DNA of 61,997 nt, filler included, from Choristocarpus tenellus KU-1152 (Eukaryota; Protista; Phaeophyceae), in assembly GCA_964200185.2 (NCBI GenBank). It is 6 parts of 6 records of this genome, joined end to end, with 100 filler letters (N's around TTAATTAATTAA, not from the genome) between each part and the next. Parts side by side here need not be neighbours in the genome. Positions count along the whole stretch, not along the records: positions 9,135 to 12,764 come from CAXNAD020018849.1; positions 12,865 to 21,634 come from CAXNAD020004345.1; positions 21,735 to 44,893 come from CAXNAD020000262.1; 3 more parts are not named here. One strand, 5' to 3'. Below are positions 12,691 to 26,005 of the stretch, in pieces; position 1 is the first letter of the stretch, and each line of letters opens with the position of its first letter. The notes under the pieces were generated by a model, which had not been told where the DNA came from, did no database searches, and saw only the letters and a program-made list of their open reading frames with translations. The position numbers were made by a program, and so were the translations under genes.

Positions 12691-12764
12691 CTTTCATGAC
12701 AAAAATATCAACATTCATTGGGGGGGGGGGGGGGTTCCAAGGTTTTTTCTAAAAAAAAAAAAAA

Positions 12765-12864
12765 NNNNNNNNNNNNNNNNNNNNNNNNNNNNNNNNNNNN
12801 NNNNNNNNTTAATTAATTAANNNNNNNNNNNNNNNNNNNNNNNNNNNNNNNNNNNNNNNNNNNN
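12765..12864. other. Artificial contig spacer
   Basis: N44-TTAATTAATTAA-N44. Confidence 0.97.
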
Positions 12865-12894
12865 GTTGGGGTGATGTATGTGAAAGAGGTGTGT

Positions 12895-13074
12895 GAGCCC
12901 AAGTATGTTGGTGGGGGGGGAGGAGTCAACACCAGGGTGTCCATTTGGTCCAAAATTAGGAAAAGTGCATATACATTATCCGTCCGACATATGCAACCAA
13001 ATCACCCAAAAATCGCGACATGAAAAAAGTGAACCCAAATGGACAGCCGCCAACCCCCCCAGATACTTTGAGCC
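12895..13074 (+). mobile_element. ~180-bp MITE (TIR ~GRCTCAAAGTATCTGGGGG), copy 1
   Basis: Internal sequence ACACCAGGGTGTCCATTTGG..CAAAATYAGGAAAAGTG...AATCACCCAAAAATC...CCAAATGGACAGCC is shared with 52674-52851 and, inverted, with 50176-50352. Right end CCCCCCAGATACTTTGAGCC. Confidence 0.85.
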
Positions 13075-13657
13075 TGACGCAACAGCCGTTAGATACGGTG
13101 GGGGTATGAGAAGAATTGTACTATTAAAAAGAATCACAATAGTGTGTTCTAATGTTAAGAATGTTTAAAATGAACAGCGAATGGCACAATTTTGGAAGGT
13201 TGAGAAGGAAGTTCTGTGGCATAGATAAACATATGCCCACAAGCTCCTCAGATTTCTCTTTCCTTTGTGATCTTACACCACAAACGGTTACTACCCCAAA
13301 TGCGAAAAGGGGTACCTCCTTGATAAAAGTAGTGGGTGGCATGGGGTACATGTCTGTGTTCCAGGTTGTGATGGTTATGGTTTTCCATGCTGCTCAATAT
13401 CGCACAAATATTCCTCAGTCCTCTCACACAGATATGAGAAGACTTGTCAGTTTCCTCATTAAACATGACCAATTTTGTATCCATAATTGTTTAATCCTCT
13501 TGGCTAGCTTCCACAGTTAGAGACGATTTGTGTATTGATTGCTACACATACAACACAGAAGAAGATGAAAGAATCTTACATGTTTTAAAGTACACATTAT
13601 ACCATCATTGTACACCTCACTATTCAAGCAGTGTACAGCCCTCAACCATGTCATGGT

Positions 13658-16600
13658 TCACCACAGGAAGGGTATCAGTGCCTTTCGACCACAAGGATAC
13701 TCTTCCTTGAACTTTTCAATGTACCATAGATGATGCTGGCTCGTACACAGGCACACAAACATACAAACACACCAAGAACAACCAACACAACACACACATC
13801 AACAACCCAGTATTTGAGTCGGAAGGGAGCAAAAACATGAAGCCACAACCGAAAAAAACATAGCCATATACAGCAACAACAATGGGGCAGAGGAAAAATG
13901 AAGTGCAGAAAGGCTGAGCAATACGGAAAGGCGAATGGGCAACTAGAATTGGCAACAATATATAACATAGGTGTTAACATATGTCAATCACTTGGGCAAT
14001 ACTATACATTACCATGTAGTATTTTATTTAAAGATAGTTGAGCACATATCACATCCCATGTGCTGCCATTTCAAAGGGGAACACACATAAAAGAAATTCA
14101 TAAAAAAGAAGGAAACAAGGTATTCGAGAGAGGGGGGGGGGGGTGGAAGGGGTTTTCTCATTTCACTCCGGATAAAATTTTCTTACGAAATAGTGTGAGT
14201 TCCAAAGCACAACAACCTTTTTTATCATTCAATCAAAGAAGTACAGTAACCGTGATAGTTCCAAACCTAGGATGATGTAACGCTTACACAACAGAACTGG
14301 TAGTGCTCTGGTAGCAATATGCACGATGAAGGATTTTCTGGACAGCAGACATTACAAAACAAATGAGTCCAATAAGTGTCAGGAAAGACAACAGATACTA
14401 CCAAACAAATGACCCCGAGCATTTGCTCGACAATGGACACTATGAACAGGAGTTGTTGTGGACATACCTTCTTCGTTTTTGCACTATTTCTTCATTCTTC
14501 TTCAATATCTCTTCCATATATTGCGTTCTCTGATTTACAACCTCTGAACACGGATTCGAAAAGATCCAATGTGCAAAACACTAATTATTGAGAAAATGAC
14601 TGTAGGTGTTTTCTGGGCAACAGACGTTACAGAGCAAACTGACCCTAAAAGGTTGTCTTGAATAGTGGGCATTACCGTCAACAAGGTTGAATCTCTAAGG
14701 TTGCGATAGTGAGAAGAGTTGCACTATACCATAGCCAACATTTGTTAAAACAATGCTGTTCACGGCATGGCAAGGGCCCCATGAGCATCGTTGCTCCTGC
14801 ACCACCACCCCCCCTCCCCAATAACAACGGTGGCCCATGCACTAACTCACTCACTCACCCGAAGAGCACGGGGGGCCAGGTTACACAAGGTGTATAGAGC
14901 AAAGGCAAAGGAAGGCAATGACCACCCAGCCAGACCAAACCTGAGTAGTGGGTGAATAATAACAGTTGGAATGTTGCATATGAGGGCAGCCACCTGCAAT
15001 GAGGTTGAAAGGGATGTATGCACAAAGGGAATCATGCCTGACTCATGAAAACTGGGGAATCATTGTTGTACCCACTCAACACATTAAAATGTAAGGCACT
15101 GCGTGGGGTGGTACAGGACTGATGTGAGAAGAAAGAGTGGATTGACACAGTATGGATTGTGCGTAAGTGAAGGTGTATGGTTTGGTCTTTTGACTTAAAG
15201 AGGGACGATCTGGAACATTTTCGGAGGAGGATGGTCCAAGGCGTGTTACATTGCAGCAAACCAGCCACCAAGTAAGTTTGAGAGGACATACAAATAACAT
15301 CAGCAATTGCTCTTTTCCGGTGTTGAAAGGGGGCAGATTACTATACGGTTAGGTTGAAATGTACTTGTCATCCACACCTTTCTGGATGGTGAACTCTCAT
15401 CATTAGCTAGAAAAGGCATGTCATGTTCCTGTTCCCTATCACGCAGCAGACTACCCTGAAAAGCTGGACTAGTCACTGCTGCTGCAAAGAGATCTGCTCA
15501 AGGTAACTCGATGCAGTTCCACTTCTAACGTGCATCAAAATACCGGTGTATATCTCACAATCAATGAAGACAGAAACAGACAGGGCTCAACACTTGCAAT
15601 AGTCAATCCAGGACGCTATTAACTCACCCAAGCCATTCTAAGCATTCCCCCGCAAAATTAGCACCAGACACAAGCTCGAAGAGGCCACCTGCAACACAGC
15701 AGACAACATAAAGTGCGACAAAATGGGCACATGTGTATGAGTGGGGCACTGGAAGAACTGAGCGTGAAGGGATGGAGTGTTTTGATTGGGCAAAGGCTGT
15801 TCTTACAGTTACAAATATTGTTGCCGTTTTCATCTCTTGACAACACAACTTTCCAAAACAACATCATGATTACTTAGAATGGAATAGCATACATGGTGCT
15901 GAGAGCGCGTGTACCTACAGTAGACACTGTTTAACCGGAGGGGGGAGGGAGAGATAGATGCTGTTCGCTGTTCACTCATCCTCCTCTTAAAAAAAAAACA
16001 AGACAAAAAACGGAAATTTAACAAAAAAGAACAGAATCACTCATTTGAGCAACCGGCAGTGCCACTATGTTGTAGGCACAACCTGTCAAATTTTAAGTTA
16101 TTAAAATAAAAACACAATCGACAAAAAGGGAGATTGGATCAAGGGATTGACACCAATTCCCTCGTGGCACCGGAGGCATGCCTGTGCAGTGGGCACCCTC
16201 CTGCAATGACAAGACACCTGCCTCTTCCTCTAGTCCTGCACATGGTCCTCAATGCCCCCAAGCATCCCCAAACCACCCCAATGACTCTATCAACTCCCCC
16301 TTTGCCAAGGAATCAAACTCTAACTTCTAACTCGCAAGATTGAGCAAAATGATTGACACGAAAAGTACTGCAACTTATTTAACTCTATTTAACTTTCATC
16401 CAAGCTATATTCCCCACTGGTCGGTTGGTGCACCACACCAGAAGTCAGGAGCAAAACAAAAAAAATATAAAAAAGTGCGACACACACAGAAACAAACAAG
16501 CGTACAAGCTATCTTTCCTCGAAGTCAGGGTATGATGGAGGAGCTTTCATGCATTCTCACCTCCATTAAAATATACTGCACAGTTTTTACATCCTCCAGA

Positions 16601-18792
16601 AAAATTGGCGAGATGTATATATATATATATAATATAATTTTTGGAATCACTATTTGGAAAAAAACTCAAACCATGTTTCATGTTGATAAGAAAGGTCCTA
16701 GGCAGAAAGCAGATGAAGTTGTTCCGCCAGATTATCCATCCCACAGACAATAATACAAAAACTGCACGGAAAGTCCACAACCAATCGATGGCAAGATTGG
16801 AGGTTAGGAGACACATTAAAAAAAGGCATTGCTTTCGCCAAACAGAATAGCAGGTACAGCACCTATGTTGTGCACCACATTGTACATTGACCCTAACCCT
16901 AACCCTAACCCCAATCCCATCTGTCTTTCCACCTCCCTAAACCCCCCTCAATATCGAAATTACTTCAACACAAAAGCAAAAGCAACATGGAGACACGGGG
17001 AGGAGGGTAGGGGGGGGAGTTGGGAGCTGGAGACATGACACAGCAAACGCACCGTGGTTGAATTCTATTCTGTATCGAGTGCTACAATATCAGCAACTAT
17101 TCACAAGAATAAAGTGTTGTGGAGAGATAAAGTGGTATGAGTAGGGAGAGGTGCGGAAGTGGGTGCTTTGGTCTCTGACGGGTAGCGGTAGCGACTGCAC
17201 CTATCGATGTTCCCTCTACTTGGGATTTTTTGTATTATTATTATTATTGTTATTACTATTATTATCCCTTTTTCTTCCCCTTCCGCCAGAGTTTCTTTTG
17301 ACCATTGGCCTTCAGACCCCAAGGGCTACTATGGAAATATTAACAATAGTACAAACAGTGCTGATACTACTACTACTGATACTACTACTAATACTACCAA
17401 TGATAGCGACAAGAATACAGGGGTGGGAACTTCAAGCAAAAAATAGTGATCGACCTTTCTTACAGTAGGGGGTACAGCCAAAGAAGGTAGGGAAGGAAAG
17501 GGGAGAGAACAAAGGACCTATCCACCGATTAAAGGACCAAAACTTCACGCTCTTCTCTTTTCAATATCACCATAATTGTGACAGACAATTTTGTGTCTCG
17601 CCCATGGTCCCAAGGGCCAGGGTCCATAGGTACAATAGGGAGGAAAGCACAAAATATCTGTCTCCGTCTTCTTTTTTTTTGTGAATCGAAAAATAAATAA
17701 ATGAATATCAAGTAAATCAGATAGAAAATGTTCCAATGTACTCTATACCATCGAAACATACGTAGTACAAGAATGGAGGCCTGCGAACTGATCTCAGGTG
17801 GAAGGGCTGTATTTACAACCCACTTTTACGCGAAAGAGTCAATCGATATCCCCCCCCCCCCTCGATTTTCGGTTTAAATTAAATTAATCCACAATTCAAT
17901 TGAATAGTAGTAATTGAATTGCTATACAAACCTCAACACTACTGCATCTACTTCTGTTTCCATGTCAGGTACCCCAAGTATACCCATAAATCGCTCCTCG
18001 CTAAGAAAATAATCTACATAAAACCGTGAGCTGTTTCTTTCCGGCACAGACTTTGAGACAGAAATCGGGCATGAGGACAGAGAGGGAGTAAAAGGAACGG
18101 AGCAAGGACTCACCACGAGGTATTTTGTAGCCAGTCTCTCCTTGCCCTCGGAGTTGCAGAAGTGTTATGTCAGCCCGATAGTTTACAAGAAACCCTGACA
18201 TGCAATAGAGTACGGGGAGGATAGGGCTGGGACAACGGTGATGGGGTTTTTTCTGATACACAACTCGGGACCTTGAGTCTTGATTCCCTTCTTTCAACCA
18301 TGATTTATTCGAAAGAAACCATGGGTGCTGCTAGTCCTAGTCCTACCATAGCCTAATGTCCCCTTGCATACAACTCTGGGAGTTGGCGCCCACGGCAACA
18401 TCACTCTCACCCATACTTGCAAAGAAGGACAACCTCTATCCGCTAAGCTAAAGTTCGACTCACGTCATCCATATGCAGCACAATACAATGCACTCTGTTT
18501 AGAGCTCCAGCGCGTGAGTATGACGTGGGCGTTGGTTGCATTGAGCTTCTCCTATTTCTAAATATATGATGCAGCCATGCCGTACACATGATGTTGATTT
18601 AGGTTTCAAACAACTGATAGCATGCTATTAATAGTAACCACAGCCCAACGCGATTGCAATCTTCTCCGCATCATATCACAAAGACCAAATGTACACGTGT
18701 GAAGAACCACCGTTGGCGACAAGAGTCATACGGTACCTGTGAGGAAGAGGACCGTACCCAGGAGAAAACGTGGGTCCAACAACCACGCCCTT
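13658..18792 (-). CDS. Steroid 5-alpha-reductase (SRD5A1/2 / DET2-like), C-terminal half
   Basis: Exons 18792-18737 (RAWLLDPRFLLGTVLFLTG), 18194-18114 (FLVNYRADITLLQLRGQGETGYKIPRG), 15688-15628 (GLFELVSGANFAGECLEWLG), 14940-14859 (FGLAGWSLPSFAFALYTLCNLAPRALR), 13735-13658 (HHLWYIEKFKEEYPCGRKALIPFLW*). All GT-AG and in phase. I could not locate the 5' exons. Confidence 0.93.
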
Positions 18793-21161
18793 CTGATACA
18801 TTGTCCAGAAAGAGAAAAGCGATGGTAAATCAACAGTGAGAGCCAGTGTGTACAGATGGACCAAGGTTTAAGACAAAGTCAGTGTGTGTGTGTGTGCGTG
18901 TGTGTGTGTGTCAGGAGAGGGGGGGAGGGGTAAGAAAGAAAAGAAGTGCCAACAAGGTAAAGATCCGGATCTTTCAGCTTTGGACCAGAGTTTAAGTATG
19001 GCACGATGATAGGTGCAGGGCGACTCTACACCACCCAGCCACCTGAAAGCCCTCCGAGAGGGGTATCTGCAATTTTCGGACCTGATAGTAGTAACGGGCA
19101 TGTGTGTATGTTCTTTCGAAATCTATTAACCATTCTGTTGCAGGAAAATATATATACTTTCAAGCATATATATATATATATATTTTAAATAAAATGCCTG
19201 TACAGCTGGAGAGCTCTGAGAGGGTTGCATGTGTTGGGAGGAGCCTGTTGGGTGAAGGATGATTCCCTCTCTCATGCTCTCGATCATCTGTCTACAGAGA
19301 GCAGCCAATGCCTACCCGGTAGTGTCAAACAGTCTAGTCTGGGACTATAGTTTTACTGCATCTGAAAGGTCTTGAACAGATAGTAACGGACCACCACTCT
19401 CCATATAGAAAAATAATCATTCTATCTATCGTGATTTAAAATTAAATTAAAAAAAAACAGAAAACAATCCAATACAAAAACTGAATCTAGAGAGGAGAAT
19501 ATCAGCCCAAAGGTCATCAGTGCAGTATTGACACTCCATTTGAAATTTTGGACCATCAAGCGTCATGAGATTGTCTTTCTGGCACAGGGCGCAAGTCCTA
19601 GACCCCAAGGTTGGAACTGAGCGTCACGATATAAAGGGGAGGTGAAGTTCACAGTTAAAGTGTGATCGTACACAACAATGATATCGATTGCATTATCCTC
19701 CAAATTCTAGGTTGAGGGTTGATCAAGGCTTGGCATGGCATTGGCAGGTGCTGGCACTGTATGTCGTCTAAAAAACGGTGTTGATTGGCACATAAAAAAC
19801 AGCAAACTCATCACTGTTTCACATCTTCTACAAAAATATCCCAGAGCACAGGGTAGTCCCAAAATCGCTAAACACTTCGAAGAATGTTCACAAAAAACCA
19901 TTTGAAAGTGTAGGGCCGCGTCCCTTCGGGGTCACCAATCCAATGTCGTGATTTTGATGTAATTTTGGCTATCGTGTTTGTTAACAAGTGTCAATATCCT
20001 TACTCCAGACACACCTTTCCTAGTCGTACACATTTAATGTAACTGTATAATGTAACTGTATTCACACATAAAAAATCCGTGGGAAGTCCAGTCCCGAATG
20101 GTCAAACGGGGCAAACCTTCTACCCTCTTAAATGCTTTGGGTTGTAGAGGATAAGTCGGTGATTTTGCACACAACTTAGAACACACATCTTTTCTCCAAC
20201 AGAAGTTGGAAGCCTAAGACCACGCAAAATAATTGAGATAATCAGGTCTTGATTTGACATGATTGATAAAAAACAAACGAACGCTTACTTATGTTTTGCA
20301 AGGCGTTGCCCCCAACGATGTCAAAAGTTCAGCTTGAGATGAGGTAAGACCTTGCTGTGACTCCACGTACGGGAACAGTTGGTACTTACACATGTAGAAT
20401 GTACAGGGTAATTTATACACCGAGCAGTCCTTTGGTTGGAAGGAAGCATGCAAGGGATTGTACAACAACATAGTGCAACAACATTCACTTTGTTGCGTAG
20501 CGAAGGGAACCTGTGCTTGGTGGATTGCTATCACTGAGAGGAGGTCCTACCCAGACTGTTTTCTGCAAGGAGTTGAAGTATGACCACATCCTACACCAAC
20601 AACACCATACTGAAGAACGTCTTCAAATCAGGTGTCACCCAGTACAAGCGTGACAGGTTCCTTGTGCGTGAACCACATCATATCGCAACACTTGCTCACA
20701 AGGCCGTTATTGCACCGTCAATGTCCTCAGCGTATGGCATTATGAGTAGCAGTCCCTCTTTTTTTTCACTTTTGCAGATGTCCGTGTTGCGACTCAAACT
20801 GACCGAGAGGTTCCCAGAGTTGAATTTTAAAGACGCTGACAAAATGTGTACAAAATTCGACTTATTATTACAGGTGCGCATAGGATAAATCTTATTTTAT
20901 GAACTGTCTCGAACTGACTTTTTTTTCAAAGCGATAGAGAAATCAAAGCTCTTAAGTCAAACGTAGCACTTCATGGATAGAAATAGCAAGGGTGAGTTGC
21001 AAAAGAGTTAAAACGTCAGGTGGTGAAAAAAAAGAGGGGGACTATAAACCTCAGCACTGCGCACAGATTATCCTTGTTCATCTTATGAAGGAGGCGTTTT
21101 GGCATAGACGAACGTTACCAGATTTAAGAGTACAAGCTGTTCTTCATAGGGCTATTCATCA

Positions 21162-21263
21162 GGCCTGGCGAATTCAATGGGATCAGTCGGCAGGCCGGAC
21201 TGATTCCAATGTTATTTGTCACGCCCAGATCAGGTCCCTCAGGGTTTGTACTCAGACCAGGCC
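21162..21263 (+). mobile_element. tRNA-like / SINE-like head (copy 2)
   Basis: Closed by a 7-bp stem GGCCTGG/CCAGGCC, with an internal hairpin GGGATCAGTC...GACTGATTCC. Similar to the reverse complement of 5264-5365. Confidence 0.4.
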
Positions 21264-21613
21264 CACAGGTTAGCCTGTAACCACTTTGAGATGTATGTCG
21301 CTAGGGATATATATGTGGTTCAATTTATTAACTGATACTTCTGCAATGAACACAAAATAATAATTGGTCCCGTCACCTGATAAAAAAAAAAATGGAGTGC
21401 CTGATGGGATGTTTAAAAAAAAACACTTTTATTCCCGTTCATTTTTTGGGGATATTTTGAGGTATCCTTTGACTGGGTCGTGGCTCGACTCAACTTGACT
21501 GTGCCAGTCTGGTTCAAATAATCTTCTACCCTTGGCCATCGACTATTTCAACACGACCAGCCCCACACGCTGGCTCGGTATCAATATGTTCTGACAGGGT
21601 CAGTCCATGACTA

Positions 21614-21634
21614 GGGTCAAAGTATCTGGAGGGG
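21614..21634 (+). mobile_element. MITE TIR at contig end
   Basis: GGGTCAAAGTATCTGGAGGGG runs into the spacer. Confidence 0.7.
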
Positions 21635-21734
21635 NNNNNNNNNNNNNNNNNNNNNNNNNNNNNNNNNNNNNNNNNNNNTTAATTAATTAANNNNNNNNNN
21701 NNNNNNNNNNNNNNNNNNNNNNNNNNNNNNNNNN
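21635..21734. other. Artificial contig spacer
   Basis: N44-TTAATTAATTAA-N44. Confidence 0.97.
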
Positions 21735-21762
21735 CGGCTCTACCCTCTAAGATACTTTGACT
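21735..21762 (+). mobile_element. MITE TIR at contig start, interrupting the mariner transposase 3' end
   Basis: TACCCTCTAAGATACTTTGACTC follows, on the minus strand, directly after transposase residues YPQETLERV. Confidence 0.65.
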
Positions 21763-23186
21763 CAAACACGCTCTAATGTCTCTTGGGGGTACACATCGAA
21801 GGTCTCCTTTGTAGCCTCCACCAGCCCTTCTTTGTTGATTCCTCCGTGTCTTCCTCAGTTGCTTGATGGAATGAAAGTATCCCAGGTCGTTGGCGTGGAG
21901 GTCAGGTGAGTTGACTGGCTGCATCTCTATGACAATGTCGTCCCCTGCTACCTCCTTGATTGCCTCCATCCCCGTCTTGGTGTGTGGCTTTGCCCCGTCC
22001 TGCTGCGAGAAGATGGTGAGACCTTCTGATCTAGGCATGCGGGCTTCGATTGCTGGGATGACATCCTCGATCATGAGCTTCTTATACTTCTCCCCATCCA
22101 ACGTGACTGGCACAAGCACCTTGGTGGCCTTGGGGTGGTATTTGCTGGTATGCTGAGCGGTGTTAGTGTCCACAATTGGCCAGATCCCGTTTTCCCCATC
22201 GAACCACACCCTGTTGGAGAGCTTCCTAGTGCAGGCCACAGCTGCAAGGAATATCACCTTCAAAATGTAACGCTTATTCTTTGCCCATGGGGATTTGGGG
22301 TCCTCAGTGGGGTGCAAGTACACACCTTGCCTATCTTTGAGGATATAAAACCACTTCTCGTCTACCTCGGCACCCAGTCATACAAATCATCCACAAATAC
22401 TCCACTTCCCCCCCTCCTGTGTGTGTGACTGACAACAAAATCCACTCTGTTGACTTTCTGCTGTTCAAAGAGGATTGGCTTAATCCACTACTTGACCTTC
22501 ACCTTCTCGTGCTTGCACAGATCCCACAACGAGGCAAGGGAGACCTCAGCATTGGCTGCCCATTTGTAGAAGGATGTGCGGCGTTCTGATGGGACATCCT
22601 AAATGTTGAGGGTGCTTGTATAGTGGCCACATTGACCCTTGAGACGCTGGACAAGGTCGCTCCATTTGCCGCATGCGATTTGGTTGCCATACTCCTTCAG
22701 ATGACGGAACATGTTGATTCGGGAAATTCCAAGGTCCTCCACGATGGCCGCCGCTGTCCTTTGAGGTATCTGAGTTTCACGCCCTCTTGCCTCCAGGCAT
22801 TGCATCGTACCATCACGCTGTTCTTTGCCAGGGTATTTGAGTCCTGTCCTTCGACAGACTTCTGGCCCGAAGGATTGGGGCAGACGGGTGACGACAGGAT
22901 GAGTGAGCCGTTCGAAAAACACTGGACTTTCTTCCTAGGCATCCAAATGAACACCTGCTTTGATAGTTTCACAAGGTTTTGAAACCCATCATATGCGACT
23001 TGGTCGACTGTGCACTGGTAATCCTCCACAGTCATGACAGTCCACCACCTCAAACTTTGCACGCCTCCCAATCTATATGAGAACTATGTCTCGTCCAGAG
23101 AGTTTATCATACAGGTCGTTCCCAGGCGAGAATGGAGGTTGAAAAAGTTACGTTACATTTAATTCCTAATAATAATGGAGGAAATA
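21763..23186 (-). pseudogene. Decayed Tc1/mariner transposase of the plant/oomycete (DD39D-related) lineage
   Basis: Motifs WIKPIL.E.QK..RVDFV, VDEKWFY, KVIFLAAVA, WFDG..GIWP, VIPAI..RMP, QQDGAKPH, QPVNSPDL..NDLGYFHSI. In-frame stops near 22598 and 22488, frameshifts near 22370 and 21850. Candidate degenerate terminus ...AATAATGGAGGAAA|TA at ~23170-23186. Confidence 0.9.
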
Positions 23187-23221
23187 TGTATTTTATACTG
23201 GCTTTGGAAATATAAAAGTTT

Positions 23222-23496
23222 GACCCATAGTATCTTAGAGGAGGGGTTGTTTGGGGCATGTTGTCTATTTGGGGCTTGACAGGGTGTGGTAAGACACCCC
23301 AGTTTGATGCCCGTTTTGGTTATGTTTTTCTTTCAGATTTGGTTAGGTAGGGGGGTGGAGAGGGAAGGTGCGTCCAGATGAAGGAAACTGTCCTTACATC
23401 TGACGACATGTTCACCCAGATAACATGAAAATCACTACAGGTTCGCACAGGCCCAGAGTGGACACGTGACCCCCCCTCTATAGGACACTGCGGGTC
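23222..23496. mobile_element. ~275-bp MITE with related TIR
   Basis: GACCCATAGTATCTTAGAGG ... CCTCTATAGGACACTGCGGGTC (imperfect inverted termini); flanks TTT / TTA. Confidence 0.55.
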
Positions 23497-26005
23497 TTAC
23501 TAATACTACTAATGCTAGTACTACTAATCAGTGTTGGGTGAACATCAAAAAGGATATCAGGGGTATTCAATAGCCTTAACTCTGGTAAATAATAGTAATA
23601 ATAATATATTTATGGGGGGTAGAAAGAATAGGGGTGGGTGGGTGAGGTAATGACAGTCCAGTAGACAAACCCAAGATTAAAAAATAAACTTAACAATAGG
23701 GTGACTATATTGGACTGTTTGAGGTCAAGACAATTGCCTTGGAGAGTTCCCTCCTAATAAAAAAAACCTCTTTTGACTCAATATATATCGACCAATCAGA
23801 TCGCTTACGGAAATAACTATTTTACCTTCTTTGATTTGCAATCTTCGATGTTCGGGGTCAAATTCTCGCTGTTTGATGTTGGTCTTAGCCTGGAACTAGA
23901 AACCACTATTAACGAGTAACAGAGTTGAGAGGTAGGCAGGTATTAACCCTTCTTCATTCTAAGCTATTGTTGTAACTCAGGTGCAATGAGCCCTATTCCT
24001 GTTCCTCTATGGTTGTTACAATTATGTCCACAAATTGATATCCTCCCTCTCCATTTACCAATAAAATGACACCATAGTTCAGTTAAGACACTTTCCGGAA
24101 TGTGTACAAAAATATGTCTATTGCCCACATTCTGGGGGTCCTTCGAAGTGAAGTGCAACGTTGCCCACCTCTAAACTATTACTTTTGCTCTAATCTAGCT
24201 CCAGTCTGTGGTCAGAGACACCATACACTAGACTACTTCTACTAACTACAACTAATCTGTTGTGGCATCACGACAAATTGCACTGTCCAGTCTCTACCTC
24301 GAATTTTTCTGTAAGTAGGGCTTGGGTTCAGTCATCCATCCCACCGCTTGTTGCTCCACCTCCCTTTAATTTTGTGTAGTATTCACTTGTCCACAGTGAA
24401 ACCTTGCCAACATAACTCAGGTTTTCCACTTTCTATTTTTAGTTTACTTTTAGGGACAGAAAAGAGGATACGGGCGTACATTTCTGTTATCGTGGTCTAT
24501 CAAATTTTATTACTTTGTGAAAAGAAAAGTGACATAAATAAAATTTGAACATCTACACCCCTTTGATGGAAACTGGAATATTAGATTACCACTGAACTAT
24601 GGGGATACTCACAGAGCCAAGTACTTCACCAGTTCTGATAGCACCCTTTTATCCTGACAGTACGTGCCCAAACCTTAGTGCTAACCCTATCCATCTATGT
24701 TCTTTTTTCTTCTCCTATTTGTTAGTTCAAAGTGTTACCACTATTTGTTGTTTCGTATCAAATATTTGGTTCCTAGCGCACTTTCTTTTTCAGAGAATCT
24801 CTGTTCTTCCACTTCAAACCTGAAAAGATGTAGGTTACAAGATGAAAGCGAAAGAAACACCCAATAATGGCAGAACAAGAAAAGAAAACACATTTCTGAT
24901 TTTTTTGTTTCTCAAAACATCAACTTTTACTAAATTTAACGCACACAGCTAAAAAAGAAACAGTAACCCCTCAACAGTGAATAACTCAACGTGTTTCACC
25001 CAAACTACACACAGCAGGAGTAACATACCAAACAAAGCAAAATTTGAGTCCCATTGTTCAAGGTGCATGGTCTAAAATAATTGTGATCACATTGTGGCAG
25101 GTAGGGTACCCACACAAAATGCACGTACACACATGTCACCTCTCCCCATGATTTCTATGTATCATTACCGAATAACAAATATTCTTACCTAACGTATTGC
25201 CAGAAAACCCTAACCTCTTGTTCTACCGATAATATTCCTGACAAAAATTTCGCAAAAAATGATGAAGAAGTGCTTTAAGCTGACTCACAGCTGAGGCATA
25301 AATGTTGTTTCAATTTAGAGTAAACAGACGAAAAATATAGATATTTTCACCACTTCTCCTATCTATGGATGCAGTCCTCATATGAAGTAGTTCCAAACAC
25401 AGTACCTTCATTATAGAACTTGTAATATTCTTGAAAGCATTTGATAAGAAACCCCATTGTGAGAGCATTGAGCTGTATGGGGTAAACTGTACGAAACCAT
25501 CATCAGACTGAAGTGTAGTCCTCCACGGTTAATTACAACAATCATACCAAAGCACAAAAACACACTTAACGACTACATCCAATATTATTAGAATATGCAA
25601 AACAAAAAATGATATTGAAATGTATATATATACGTTACTAGCCCACGCTCCACCTCACAGGACAGAGAAGAAAAGATTGACATTCCTTAATCTCACTCCA
25701 TTTGTCACTCACCAGTTGGTCAATGGTCTTAACCGACACAAGACACCTTTGCACACACAAGCCATGTTAGACTTCAATAATCCTTCGTGAACGGTTTGAT
25801 GCAAGCAAAAAAGATGCACACCTTCCAGATGGATTGTGAGCACAGAGGTGGTGTCAAAGGCTAACCCTAACACAAATCGTGCCACACATCCAAAACCATA
25901 AACCAGGGTAATGACTACATACAGCACAGCTCAATAGGATACACACACACACACACACACACACACATGGAGAGAGCATAGAGTTCCCTACCCCATCTCA
26001 TAAAT

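Noticed and set aside
10776-18792. ABCC transporter plus steroid reductase as a functional steroid gene cluster
   Set aside because: They are on different contigs separated by an artificial spacer, so physical linkage is not shown.
18990-19090. Possible further SRD5A exon (RWLGGVESPCTYH)
   Set aside because: No phase-compatible donor to join the 18792 exon.
21735-23245. CTCTAAGATACT / AGTATCTTAGAG pair as the mariner's own TIRs
   Set aside because: The left one cuts into the transposase coding region, and both match ends of the separate MITE family.
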